Shown: positions 27,625 to 37,029 of the stretch, in pieces
How the letters are laid out: every line of letters begins with the position of its first letter
Position numbering within the stretch: the first letter of the stretch is position 1
Source: an uncultured Planctomycetia bacterium
GTDB taxonomy: Bacteria > Omnitrophota > Gorgyraeia > 1-14-0-20-64-10
DNA length: 64,000 nucleotides
Assembly (NCBI GenBank): GCA_964597545.1
Contig: CAZQXN010000004.1
Span: forward strand, 6,683-70,682
Reading direction: 5' to 3'
Position numbers and translations under genes: made by a program
Notes under the pieces: generated by a model
What the model was told of the DNA's origin: nothing
Database searches by the model: none
Seen by the model: the letters and a program-made list of their open reading frames with translations, nothing else

Positions 27625-28780
27625 CTTCTCTGAGATTGCCGAGAAGGTCGCAGCGGGTGAGCGCCTAGACCGCCAAGAGGGGATCCGCCTTTTCGAGGCC
27701 GACCTCTTTACTTTGGGTGCCCTGGCCACTGAAATCCGGGAGCGCCTGCACGGAGAGCGCGCCTACTACACCCACACCCTAGGGTTGACCTATTCCAATG
27801 CCTGCGTTCTTTCCTGCGGGATGTGCGCCTTCCACCGTTCGCCGGGTCATGCCGAGGCCTACACCCTTTCCCTGGAGCAGATAGAAAAGAAAACCCAGAC
27901 TGCGGCCCGGGCCGAGGTCCGCGAATTTCACATTACCGGCGCCTTGAATTCGCAGCTGCCCCTGGAATATTTTGTGGAGCTGTTTAGAACCTTAAAGCGT
28001 GCGGTGCCCACTGCGACCCTCAAGGCCTTTACCTCGGTTGAGATCGATTTCTTTTCCAAGCGTTTCGGTCTGTCGGTGGAGGAGCTTTTCACGCGCTTCA
28101 AGGCTGTTGGCATGGATTGTATGCCGGGCGGAGGAGCCGAGATCTTGTCCGAGCGGGCGCGCTCCCTCCTCTGTCCCCAGAAGATTTCAGGGGAGCGCTG
28201 GTTGGAGGTTCAGGCCCTTGCTCATGCCAGCGGCATCCCCACCAATGCCACCATGCTTTACGGCCATGTAGAGACGATCCCTGAACGGATTGACCACATG
28301 CTGGCCATCCGTGCCCTGCAGGATAAGACCGGTGGTATTCAAGCCTTTGTTCCCCTGAGCTATCATGCCGAGGGGACAGCCTTTGCGGATTTGGCCCCCA
28401 CCACCGGCATTGAGGATTTAAAGGTCTATGCGGTGTCCCGGCTCATGCTGGACAACGTCCCGCACATCAAGCTTCTCTGGACCTATGTGGGGATTAAGAT
28501 GATTCAGGCGGCGCTGGCCTTTGGTGTGGATGATGTGGGCTCCACACACCTGGAGGAGCGGATTGTCCGCGCCGCCGGAGCCAACCACTTTGATGCCCCC
28601 ACCGCGACAGAGTTGGCCCAGATGATTATCCAAGCTGGGCGCATTCCAAAACTGGTCGATTCACTCTACCGCAATGACTCATCGACTGTTGTCCCCGCAC
28701 GTCATCCCCGCGAAAGCGGGGATCAGATCCGTCCTCACGGAAGTGAGGATCAAATCGGGGATGACAGGAGGCCGCAATGA
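27602..28780 (+). CDS. Radical-SAM menaquinone (futalosine pathway) enzyme, MqnC/MqnE family
   Basis: Cys motif CVLSCGMCAF in an MqnC/MqnE-like sequence, adjacent to mqnA. Confidence 0.75.
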   Translation: MLSTVQADFSEIAEKVAAGERLDRQEGIRLFEADLFTLGALATEIRERLHGERAYYTHTLGLTYSNACVLSCGMCAFHRSPGHAEAYTLSLEQIEKKTQTAARAEVREFHITGALNSQLPLEYFVELFRTLKRAVPTATLKAFTSVEIDFFSKRFGLSVEELFTRFKAVGMDCMPGGGAEILSERARSLLCPQKISGERWLEVQALAHASGIPTNATMLYGHVETIPERIDHMLAIRALQDKTGGIQAFVPLSYHAEGTAFADLAPTTGIEDLKVYAVSRLMLDNVPHIKLLWTYVGIKMIQAALAFGVDDVGSTHLEERIVRAAGANHFDAPTATELAQMIIQAGRIPKLVDSLYRNDSSTVVPARHPRESGDQIRPHGSEDQIGDDRRPQ

Positions 28781-29622
28781 CTCGTCGACTCGGTGACATC
28801 AAGTTCCTAAACTCCTGGCCGGTCACCTATGCCCTGCGCGCCGGCCGGGTCAGAGCTCCCTTCCAGGTGGTTTCTGGCATTCCGGCTATCCTCAACCGCA
28901 GGCTCCTGACCGGTGAACTGGATGCCTCGGCTGTCTCCTCTGTGTTGTACCTGCGCCATCAAGACGAACTGGTGCCGGTGCCGGGGTTCTGTATCCGTTC
29001 CGAGGGCGGAGTGGCCTCAGTCCTTGTGGTCAGCCGATCCCCCTTGGAACAGCTTAGGGTTAAGACCATCGGTGTCAGCAATCAAGGAGCGACCACGCCG
29101 GCACTGCTTAAACTGCTGCTCAAACGGCACAAGCTTCCCATGGAGCTTGAGGTGACCCCCCTGCGTTACCCCGAGATCCTCACCCACTATCCTACAGCCC
29201 TTTTAATCGGAGATGAGGCGCTGAAGGCCAGTCACGCAGAAGAGGGTTTGTTTGCATGGGATCTGGGAGAGGCTTGGACCGATTGGACACAGGCCCCGTC
29301 GGTTTATGCCCTCTGGGTGATTCGCCGGCAGGCAGCAGAACGCTGCCCCGAATTGCTGGATCAAGTGCAGGAGGCACTCCGGCGTTCCTTTGCTTGGGGC
29401 CAGAGTCATCCGGAAGCCTTAATGGCCGCCATGCAGGAGGCCTTTCCCTGCGAGGAGCAATTCCTCAAGCGGTATCTGGCTGGGTTGTCGTATGCATTGG
29501 ATGACAAGGCTTGGGAGGGGCTTACGCGCTTCGCTGAGGAAGCCGAGGCTGAGGGTCTCATCCCTCAGCATTGCGCCAGGACGCTTCCCTCCCGGCGGGA
29601 TGCGCTGGTGGCTGTCGGATGA
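28777..29622 (+). CDS. mqnA: Chorismate dehydratase MqnA (futalosine pathway)
   Basis: MTRRLGDIKFLNSWPVTYAL... is MqnA / DUF178-like, periplasmic-binding-protein fold. Coupled (ATGA) to flanking radical-SAM genes. Confidence 0.75.
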   Translation: MTRRLGDIKFLNSWPVTYALRAGRVRAPFQVVSGIPAILNRRLLTGELDASAVSSVLYLRHQDELVPVPGFCIRSEGGVASVLVVSRSPLEQLRVKTIGVSNQGATTPALLKLLLKRHKLPMELEVTPLRYPEILTHYPTALLIGDEALKASHAEEGLFAWDLGEAWTDWTQAPSVYALWVIRRQAAERCPELLDQVQEALRRSFAWGQSHPEALMAAMQEAFPCEEQFLKRYLAGLSYALDDKAWEGLTRFAEEAEAEGLIPQHCARTLPSRRDALVAVG

Positions 29623-30740
29623 GCCATTCCATCGAAAGGATTTTGGGTCGTGCCGCCTGCGGACAGTGCTTAAGCCGCGAGGAGGGAATCCTTCTGCACG
29701 AGGAGGCTCCGCTGATTGCCTTGGGGCGTGCCGCAGACGAACGCCGCCGCCAGCTTCACCCAGAGAACCTGGGCACCTTTGTGGTGGATCGAAACATCAA
29801 CATTACCAATGTGTGCGTAACCGGATGCACCTTCTGCGCCTTCTACCGAAGACCCGGGCATCCCGAGGCATACCGCCTCCCCACCGAGGAGATCCTGCGT
29901 CGCGTGGGCGAGTTGGTGGATGCCGGCGGAACCCAGGTCCTGCTCCAGGGGGGATTGGACCCGAAGCTGTCTTTGGCCTATTACGAGGAGCTCTGCCGCG
30001 CGATTAAGCAGCATTACCCTGCAGTGACCCTCCACTCTTTTTCTGCGCCGGAAATTGGTATGATGGTTGAGGCCGAAGGTCTTTCTGTTGAGGCTGTCTT
30101 GATCCGTTTGCGGGAAGCGGGTTTGGACTCTCTGCCGGGCGGAGGAGCCGAGATCCTCTCGGATTCGCACAAACAGGTTGTCTCACCCAAAAAGATGAAG
30201 AGTGCCGACTGGTTGGCTGTCCATCGAGCAGCGCATGCCATCGGCATGAAATCCACCGCCACCATGACGTTCGGCATGGAGGAGACAGCGGGTGAGCGGA
30301 TCGATCATCTGATTAAACTTAGACAACTTCAGGACGAAACCAAAGGGTTTACCGCCTTTATCCCCTGGAGTTTTCAGCGGGGCCACACCACGTTAAGCAT
30401 TGCCCCTGCCGGCGGGATGGAGTACCTCAAGATTGTGGCGCTGGCAAGGCTCCTGCTGGATAACGTCATCAACCTCCAGGCCGGTTGGGTCACGGAGGGG
30501 CCGAAGCTGTGTCAGTTGGCTTTGTGCTTTGGGGCCAACGACTTCGGAGGCATCCTGATCGATGAGGTCGTGGTGGGAGCGACCGGAATGGTTTACCGGG
30601 TAGACCGAGGAGAGGCCATCCGGATCATTCGCGCAGCAGGGCGCATTCCAGCACAGCGCAATACCCAATATGAAATCTTAAAGACCGGTGATCACCATGA
30701 CACTCGACGCCATCTATCAACCGATTCAATCACAGCTTAA
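29619..30740 (+). CDS. Radical-SAM menaquinone (futalosine pathway) enzyme, MqnE/MqnC family (paralog of 27602..28780)
   Basis: CVTGCTFCAF Cys motif. ATG at 29619 overlaps the mqnA stop (ATGA). The ORF-track start at 29571 is a run-on. Confidence 0.75.
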   Translation: MSHSIERILGRAACGQCLSREEGILLHEEAPLIALGRAADERRRQLHPENLGTFVVDRNINITNVCVTGCTFCAFYRRPGHPEAYRLPTEEILRRVGELVDAGGTQVLLQGGLDPKLSLAYYEELCRAIKQHYPAVTLHSFSAPEIGMMVEAEGLSVEAVLIRLREAGLDSLPGGGAEILSDSHKQVVSPKKMKSADWLAVHRAAHAIGMKSTATMTFGMEETAGERIDHLIKLRQLQDETKGFTAFIPWSFQRGHTTLSIAPAGGMEYLKIVALARLLLDNVINLQAGWVTEGPKLCQLALCFGANDFGGILIDEVVVGATGMVYRVDRGEAIRIIRAAGRIPAQRNTQYEILKTGDHHDTRRHLSTDSITA

Positions 30741-31725
30741 AGCCGCTGAGGAGCTCTTCATCCAGGCGTTGGCCGTGGATCGCGGCCTGCTGGGTGAGAT
30801 GACTCGCTATGTCACTCAGATGCCGGGCAAGAAGATCCGTCCAGTTCTGGCCCTGCTGGGTTCGGCCCTGATTGAGACCAATGGCTCGACTTCCACGGGA
30901 CGCGAAACACCTCAGGAGCGCTGCGGTCCCGGGCAGGCCTCGACCATTCGATTGGCGGCTGCGGTCGAGATGATTCATACCGCCTCGCTCCTGCATGACG
31001 ATGTGATCGATGAAGCCGTACTGCGCCGGGGACTGCCCACGCTCCATGCCAAATGGGGAGATGCCCTCTCGGTACTCTCCGGGGATTATCTCTACGCCAA
31101 GGCATTTTGCCTTTTGAGTGATACGGGAGATCCTCGGATTTTGAGCTTGATGTCCAATACCGCCCGGATTGTCTGCGAAGGAGAGGTGACTCAGATTCAA
31201 CGCCGGTTTGATCTGAGCTTAAGCCGCGATCAATACCTCCAGATCATTCAGCGCAAGACCGCTTCTCTGATGGCAGCCGCTGCCGAGGCCGGGGCCCTCC
31301 TGGGTGGAGCTTCTTCTGCGCAGGCGAATCGCCTCAATGCTTTTGGGCTCAACTTCGGTATCGCCTTCCAGATCTTGGATGACATACAGGACTTGATCGG
31401 CGAGGAGACAGCGCAGGGCAAATCACTGGGGACTGATCTAACGCTTGGGCAAATGACCCTGCCGCTCATTTGCCTGAAAGAGACGGCCGATTCCAAAACC
31501 CAAGAGGTCCTCTCACGCTGTTTCAGTGGAGATGGCAATGGGTCTGGAGCGCCTGAACAGCATCTGGATTTCTTAAAGGCGCAGGCCATTCATTACCAGG
31601 TGCCGGAACGCTGCCGGCAGGTCGCCCAGGAGCATCTGAATCAGGCCAGGGCTGCCCTGGAGGTTTTTGGGGCCTCCCCCCACAAGCGCTCTCTCGAAGG
31701 ATTGGCCAACTACCTGGTGCAGTAA
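30697..31725 (+). CDS. Long-chain trans-polyprenyl diphosphate synthase (IspB/HepT-like), with a Gly/Ser/Thr-rich insert
   Basis: First and second Asp-rich motifs (LLHDDVIDEA and FQILDDIQD). ORF opens at the GTG at 30688. Confidence 0.85.
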   Translation: MTLDAIYQPIQSQLKAAEELFIQALAVDRGLLGEMTRYVTQMPGKKIRPVLALLGSALIETNGSTSTGRETPQERCGPGQASTIRLAAAVEMIHTASLLHDDVIDEAVLRRGLPTLHAKWGDALSVLSGDYLYAKAFCLLSDTGDPRILSLMSNTARIVCEGEVTQIQRRFDLSLSRDQYLQIIQRKTASLMAAAAEAGALLGGASSAQANRLNAFGLNFGIAFQILDDIQDLIGEETAQGKSLGTDLTLGQMTLPLICLKETADSKTQEVLSRCFSGDGNGSGAPEQHLDFLKAQAIHYQVPERCRQVAQEHLNQARAALEVFGASPHKRSLEGLANYLVQ

Positions 31726-31808
31726 AGGCAGCCGGATCTCCCCGGAAGAGCGCTGGGTTCCCCAGGGCGGCTGCCAGACTCCTTAGGTTCGCTGCCGATC
31801 ATTTCCCC

Positions 31809-31854
31809 TTGACGGTGCACCCCCCACCTGAGAAAATGAGACTCAATCTCAATT
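31809..31854 (+). promoter_or_regulatory. Putative promoter (TTGACG - 17 nt - GAAAAT) overlapping a Fur-box-like imperfect palindrome AATGAGActcaATCTCAaTT
   Basis: Located immediately upstream of fur. Confidence 0.3.
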
Positions 31855-31857
31855 ACA

Positions 31858-32370
31858 ATGCGACACACACCCGACATCACATTACTGCCTCAACGTGCTG
31901 GTAGACAGACGCATCTCAAGGAACGGGGGGATTCCATTCGAAGAACCTTCCGAACCTACTTGAGCCGCCGGGGTTTAAGCTTCACCCGGCAGCGTGAAGC
32001 GGTTCTGACCTGTTTCATCTCGGCAGGGGTGCACTTAGAGACCGAGCAGGTCTATGCCCGCCTTAAAATCAACAAGCCCTCGGTCGGCCGCGCCACTGTC
32101 TTTCGAACAGTACGGCTTCTCCAGGAGTGCGGATTGCTTACCGAGATCAGCCTCACAGATGGCCGCTCCCGGTATGAGCTCAAGGCCGACCGCCCCCATC
32201 ACGATCACTTGATCTGCGTGGGGTGCGGCCGGATCATCGAGTTTCAAAGTCCGGCCATGGAGCGCTCTCAAAACAGTGCCATTCGCCAGCACGGTTTCTC
32301 GGCCCTGTGGCACCGACATGAGATATTTGGGCAGTGCAAGGGATGTCAGAGAAGGGAATTGCACTCATGA
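31858..32370 (+). CDS. fur: Fur-family metalloregulator
   Basis: HHDHLICVGCGRIIEF and a C-terminal CKGC match Fur/Zur/PerR family metal sites. Confidence 0.85.
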   Translation: MRHTPDITLLPQRAGRQTHLKERGDSIRRTFRTYLSRRGLSFTRQREAVLTCFISAGVHLETEQVYARLKINKPSVGRATVFRTVRLLQECGLLTEISLTDGRSRYELKADRPHHDHLICVGCGRIIEFQSPAMERSQNSAIRQHGFSALWHRHEIFGQCKGCQRRELHS

Positions 32371-33458
32371 CGCAGGATCACGAGGGACTTCCGATTTCCC
32401 CTGCTCAGGCGCCCGGCTGGAACATCGCGGTACTGGGTTTGAATCATCGCACTGCCCCTGTGGCGCTTAGAGAGCAGCTCTACTTTGAACCAGAGCAACT
32501 GCCAGTGGCCTTCAAGGCGCTCCGGGGAGAGTTGGGTTTGAGTGAGTGCGCTGTGCTCTCGACCTGCAACCGAGTGGAACTCTACGCCCTCTTGCCCCAG
32601 CCGAACGGTGCGCAGGCAAGGCTCAAGAACTTTCTGGCCCGATTTCACCGCGTGAATGTGCAAGGCTTAAACGAAGCGCTCTATTGGCACCTCCAACCCG
32701 ATTCTGTTCGGCACCTCTTTCGAGTTGCGGCAGGCTTGGATTCTATGGTGCTGGGAGAGTCGGAGATCTTGGGGCAGGTGAAGTCCGCTTATGCGGATGC
32801 GGTGACGCACAGCTCCGTGGGGCCGGTTTTCCACACACTCTTTCAAGCGGCCATTCGGGCGGGCAAGCAGGTGCGCGCTCAAACCCGCATCGGCCAGGGA
32901 GCGACCTCTGTCAGCTCCGTGGCGGTGGAGTTGGCTCGACAGATCTTCCAGGATCTAAGCACCAAGACCATTTTGATTTTGGGTGCCGGAGAGATGGTTG
33001 AGGCGACCCTCCATGCCCTTCGGGGGCAGGGGACAGGGTCGATCCTGGTTGCAAACCGCTCCGAAAAGAGGGCCCTCCCTCTGGCGGAGTCGGTGGGCGG
33101 ACACGTGGTTGCCTTAGACGCGCTGGATGCCACGCTGCCCCGGGCCGACATCGTCATCTGCTCCACCTCGGCCCGCACCTTTCTGCTGGAGAAGGAGCAG
33201 GTGTGTCGCGCCAGCGCAGCCCGAGGCAACCAGCCTCTCTTTCTTATCGACATCTCGGTTCCACGCAACCTCGACCCGGCGATCCGGCAGCTTGAGAATG
33301 TTCATCTGTATGACATCGATGATTTGGACGACATCGCCTCCTCCAACCGAAAGATGCGTTTGGGCGAGATGGATCGGTGTGCAGAGATCATTGAGCGCGA
33401 GACAGACTGCTTCTTGAGCCGTTTTCAACTTCGAGAGAGGGTGCCCCTCCTTGCATGA
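32367..33458 (+). CDS. hemA: Glutamyl-tRNA reductase
   Basis: NIAVLGLNHRTAPVALRE...LSTCNRVELY is the HemA signature. ATG overlaps the fur stop (ATGA). Confidence 0.85.
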   Translation: MTQDHEGLPISPAQAPGWNIAVLGLNHRTAPVALREQLYFEPEQLPVAFKALRGELGLSECAVLSTCNRVELYALLPQPNGAQARLKNFLARFHRVNVQGLNEALYWHLQPDSVRHLFRVAAGLDSMVLGESEILGQVKSAYADAVTHSSVGPVFHTLFQAAIRAGKQVRAQTRIGQGATSVSSVAVELARQIFQDLSTKTILILGAGEMVEATLHALRGQGTGSILVANRSEKRALPLAESVGGHVVALDALDATLPRADIVICSTSARTFLLEKEQVCRASAARGNQPLFLIDISVPRNLDPAIRQLENVHLYDIDDLDDIASSNRKMRLGEMDRCAEIIERETDCFLSRFQLRERVPLLA

Positions 33459-35433
33459 GTCGATGAACCCGGCCCCTGAGCCGCAGGACAAGACAACTTC
33501 ACTGGTTGTGACCGGCAACCCGAATGTAGGCAAGAGCGTCCTCTTTCAGCTCCTCACCGGACGCTACGTGACGGTTTCCAACTATCCGGGCACTACCGTT
33601 ATGACCTCTCGAGGCAGCGCTGTATTCGGGGGTGAGACTTTCTCTGTCTTCGATACCCCCGGCATGAACAGCCTCAGTGCCTCCTCAGAAGATGAGCTGG
33701 TTGCCAGGCAGCTTCTGCTGCACCGGCATACCAGGAGCGAGACGGTGCTTCAGGTGGGGGATGCCAAGAATCTGCTGCGCGTGCTCACCTTAACTTTGGA
33801 ATTGGCCGAGGCCGGCCTGCCGATGACCTTAGCCCTTAACATGATTGATGAGGCCAGAGAGCGCAGGCTCCAAATTAATGTTGAGAAGCTCTCCGAGCTT
33901 CTGGGTATTCCCGTGGTGGCTACGATTGCAATCCAGAGGCGGGGTGTGGATCGGCTCAAACGTGCCATCCCTCACGCGCGGTCAGCCAAAGCTTCTGTTC
34001 ACTACCCGACCGTGGTTGAAGAGGCAGCTGCCAAGATCGAATCCCTGTTTCCTGCTTCATTCTTTGGAAGGCGAGCGCTGGCGCTCCTGTGGCTTTCCGG
34101 TGATCAGGCGTTGATGGAAGAGATGCGCAAAGCGCTTCCTCCCGCGACCACAGAGGCAATCCATCGGTTGGTTGAGGAGGCCCAGCAGCGCTCTTCGACG
34201 CCACTGAAGGTCTTGATTGCGCGGGCACGGATTCGCCAAGCCCGACAGCTGACCGGCAAGGTCATGACCACGGCTTCTGCGCAAGGCGCGCCCAGGCTGC
34301 AGCCGCTCGGAGATCTTGCGATGCATCCGGTGTGGGGCCTCTTTGTTTTAGGCGCTGTATTGGCCGTTATGTACTATCTGGTCGGGGATTTGGCAGCTGG
34401 GCGTGCGGTTGATTTCTTAGAGAGTGTCGTCTTTGGGCGTTTCTTAATTCCGCTCCTTGAAGGGGGGATTCAGAGGGTCATTCCCTGGGTATGGCTTCAG
34501 GATTTCTTGGTCGGTGAGTATGGCGTATTCACCATGGCTTTGCCCTATGCCTTTGCGATCATCCTGCCCATTGTGGGGATGTTTTTCTTGTTTTTTGGTT
34601 TTATTGAAGATGTGGGCTATCTTCCAAGGCTTGCAGTGATGTCGAATCGGTTCTGCAGGCTTTTGGGTCTCAACGGCAAGGCGGTCCTGCCCCTTGTCCT
34701 GGGGTTGGGGTGCGATACCATGGCGACCATGACCGCGCGGATCCTCGATTCAAAGCGGGACCGCTTCCTGGTCACCCTGATCTTGGCGCTTGGCATCCCC
34801 TGCTCTGCGCAGTTGGGCGTGATCCTCGCGATGCTGGCGAGCCTGTCCCCTCTGGCCCTTTGGATCTGGGTCGGTGTTTTGCTGGCGGTGATCGTTGCAG
34901 TCGGCCAGACCGCGGCCCGGCTTGTTCCTGGAGAGGGGAGTCCCTTCTTGTATGAGATTCCACCCCTGCGCAGGCCCAAACTCTCCAACATTGTCATCAA
35001 AACCTTGGGCCGGTTGGAGTGGTATCTGAGGGAGGCAGTTCCGCTCTTTTTCTTGGGAACGTGTATACTGTTTTTTCTGGATGCCTTTGGGTGGTTGGCG
35101 CAGTTGGAGCGATTCGCAGCTCCCTTGGTGGTCTCTTGGCTGGGGCTCCCACCCGAGGCGACCGAAGCGTTCCTGGTTGGTTTCCTGCGGCGGGACTTCG
35201 GCGCGGCGGGCCTGTTTGCCCTTCAGCGTGACGGCATGCTCAGCGGCATTCAGGTCGTTGTCAGCCTCGTCACCATCACGCTCTTTGTGCCCTGCATTGC
35301 ACAGTTTTTCATGATGGCCAAGGAGCAGGGCTGGAAACGGGCAGTTGGCATTGCCCTCTTTGTCTTTGGGGTTGCTTTCTTGGTGGGGGGAGTGCTCTCC
35401 CGCTTGCTGACAACGCTTCAGATATCGCTGTGA
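33451..35433 (+). CDS. feoB: Ferrous iron transporter FeoB (G-protein domain plus permease)
   Basis: GNPNVGKS G1 motif, DTPG G3 motif, long polytopic C-terminus. Confidence 0.9.
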   Translation: MHESMNPAPEPQDKTTSLVVTGNPNVGKSVLFQLLTGRYVTVSNYPGTTVMTSRGSAVFGGETFSVFDTPGMNSLSASSEDELVARQLLLHRHTRSETVLQVGDAKNLLRVLTLTLELAEAGLPMTLALNMIDEARERRLQINVEKLSELLGIPVVATIAIQRRGVDRLKRAIPHARSAKASVHYPTVVEEAAAKIESLFPASFFGRRALALLWLSGDQALMEEMRKALPPATTEAIHRLVEEAQQRSSTPLKVLIARARIRQARQLTGKVMTTASAQGAPRLQPLGDLAMHPVWGLFVLGAVLAVMYYLVGDLAAGRAVDFLESVVFGRFLIPLLEGGIQRVIPWVWLQDFLVGEYGVFTMALPYAFAIILPIVGMFFLFFGFIEDVGYLPRLAVMSNRFCRLLGLNGKAVLPLVLGLGCDTMATMTARILDSKRDRFLVTLILALGIPCSAQLGVILAMLASLSPLALWIWVGVLLAVIVAVGQTAARLVPGEGSPFLYEIPPLRRPKLSNIVIKTLGRLEWYLREAVPLFFLGTCILFFLDAFGWLAQLERFAAPLVVSWLGLPPEATEAFLVGFLRRDFGAAGLFALQRDGMLSGIQVVVSLVTITLFVPCIAQFFMMAKEQGWKRAVGIALFVFGVAFLVGGVLSRLLTTLQISL

Positions 35434-35645
35434 AATGCCCCCTCTGCGGATTTGCTTTGGATGCCGGAAAAGGTACCCCTTGGGCGTGTCAGCACTGTCC
35501 GCTGAATCGAGGCTGCGGGCTGCTGCGCTGCCCGAAATGCGGGTATGAATGGGCGGAGCAATCCGGGCTTGTCTGTTGGTTGCAACGTGTTGCGTATCGG
35601 TTAAGGAGACTCTTGGGTCATGGCCCTTCGCGAAGAAGAGATTGA
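35430..35645 (+). CDS. Small Cys-rich (zinc-ribbon-like) protein downstream of feoB
   Basis: Has CPLCG...CQHCP...CPKCG motifs. ATGA overlap with the feoB stop. Confidence 0.45.
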   Translation: MKCPLCGFALDAGKGTPWACQHCPLNRGCGLLRCPKCGYEWAEQSGLVCWLQRVAYRLRRLLGHGPSRRRD

Positions 35646-36315
35646 AGAAGTATTGGAGTTGTGTTGGGTATCGGCGGAGAACAACCAAGAATGGTTGGAG
35701 CGCCAGCAGCTGCCCGAGCAGCTGTTGTGCTATATGCCACAGCCCATGAGGTCCGATATGGGCATGGCGCAGGAGGCCATTGATCATGCCATTCAACAAG
35801 GCCTGATCGAGCAGAAGGGCGATCGCGTCCGCTTAAGCCCCACCGGCTCCAAGCAGGCTCACCAGATTGTTCGCCGCCATCGCCTCACCGAGGTCTTGCT
35901 CCACAACATCCTGGATGTTTCTGCAGAGTCGATGGAGACCACTGCATGCCAGGTGGAGCATGTCCTCAACGATGAGGTGACCGATGCGGTCTGCACCTTC
36001 CTGGGGCATCCGCCAACTTGTCCCCATGGCTGCCCCATCCCCAAGGGGAAATGCTGCCAGTCAGCGCGCTCGACACTCAAGCCCCTGATTGTTCCTGTGA
36101 TGCAGTTGGCTGTTGGAGAGAAGGGAACCGTTGCCTTTGTTCATACCAAACGGCACAATTACCTCCAGCGCCTTGGGGCCCTGGGGCTGGTTCCCGGGGC
36201 GTCTCTGTGCCTGAGGCAGACCGCCCCCACGCTGGTCATGGAGCTTGGAGAAACCGAATTGGCATTGGACCGTCAGGCAGGAGAGGAGATCTTTGTCAGG
36301 CGCCGCCCCTCCTAA
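35620..36315 (+). CDS. DtxR/IdeR-family metal-dependent repressor with C-terminal SH3-like (FeoA-type) domain
   Basis: RRHRLTEVLLHNILDVS...VEHVLNDEV (DtxR metal-binding and dimerisation region). C-terminal VGEKGTVAFVHT...LGLVPGASL FeoA-like domain. Confidence 0.7.
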   Translation: MALREEEIEEVLELCWVSAENNQEWLERQQLPEQLLCYMPQPMRSDMGMAQEAIDHAIQQGLIEQKGDRVRLSPTGSKQAHQIVRRHRLTEVLLHNILDVSAESMETTACQVEHVLNDEVTDAVCTFLGHPPTCPHGCPIPKGKCCQSARSTLKPLIVPVMQLAVGEKGTVAFVHTKRHNYLQRLGALGLVPGASLCLRQTAPTLVMELGETELALDRQAGEEIFVRRRPS

Positions 36316-36369
36316 AAGAGGGTGCGTGGTATACTGGATGCCTGCAGATAATCAAGCGAGACCCATACC

Positions 36370-36819
36370 ATGACACTCACTGAACAGATCGATCAAGACT
36401 TAAAGGGCGCACTCAAAGCCAAAGAGGCCCTCAAGCTCTCTGTTTTACGGATGCTCAAGGCCGCCGTCTCGAATCAACTGATTCAGAAGGGCGCAGAACG
36501 TCTGGAGGATTCCGAGGTGCTTGAGGTTGTTGCCAAACTCATCAAGCAGCGCGCAGAGTCCATCGAAGCTTTCACTCAGGGCAATCGTCCGGAGTTGGCC
36601 GAGAAAGAAAAACAGGAGGCCGAGATCCTCAAGGCTTATCTGCCTCCGCCCCTCCCCGAGGCGGAGCTGAAGGCCTTGATCCAGAAGGTCATTGAAGAGC
36701 TGGGGGCCAGCGGTCCCAAGGCGATGGGGCAGGTCATGAAGGCGGTCGTCCCCCAGGTGGCCGGCCGGGCCGACGGCAAGACCGTCAGCACCCTGGTCAA
36801 GACGCTGTTGTCCGCATGA
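36370..36819 (+). CDS. yqeY: GatB/YqeY-domain protein
   Basis: MTLTEQIDQDLKGALKAKEALKLSVLRMLKAAV... is typical YqeY. Confidence 0.8.
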   Translation: MTLTEQIDQDLKGALKAKEALKLSVLRMLKAAVSNQLIQKGAERLEDSEVLEVVAKLIKQRAESIEAFTQGNRPELAEKEKQEAEILKAYLPPPLPEAELKALIQKVIEELGASGPKAMGQVMKAVVPQVAGRADGKTVSTLVKTLLSA

Positions 36820-36989
36820 AGTGTGACACCTGCCACCGCGAGGTTCCAGAGGTCAGCCGAGTGGTGATCCATGTCGGCTACAACAAGGCTTTAACCAAAG
36901 CGATCTACAACTGTCCCGAGTGCTTTGCCAAGAAGGAACAAACCAAAGCGTATAACCAAGAGAAGTCGAGTGCCCAGCCCCCCCAGTAA
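36816..36989 (+). CDS. Small zinc-ribbon ORF (57 aa), absent from the ORF track
   Basis: [10 protein letters not shown]...[10 protein letters not shown] has two CxxC pairs. ATG overlaps the yqeY stop (ATGA). Ends 40 nt before the proposed dcd TTG start. Confidence 0.4.
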   Translation: MKCDTCHREVPEVSRVVIHVGYNKALTKAIYNCPECFAKKEQTKAYNQEKSSAQPPQ

Positions 36990-37029
36990 TCAGCCAGCAA
37001 CCCTTTCTGCATCCCCCTCAGCCACGGCG

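Noticed and set aside
34750-35799. 349-aa minus-strand ORF overlapping feoB and the downstream genes.
   Set aside because: Arg/Gln/Pro-rich low-complexity translation, antisense to a strongly supported FeoB. High-GC frame artefact.
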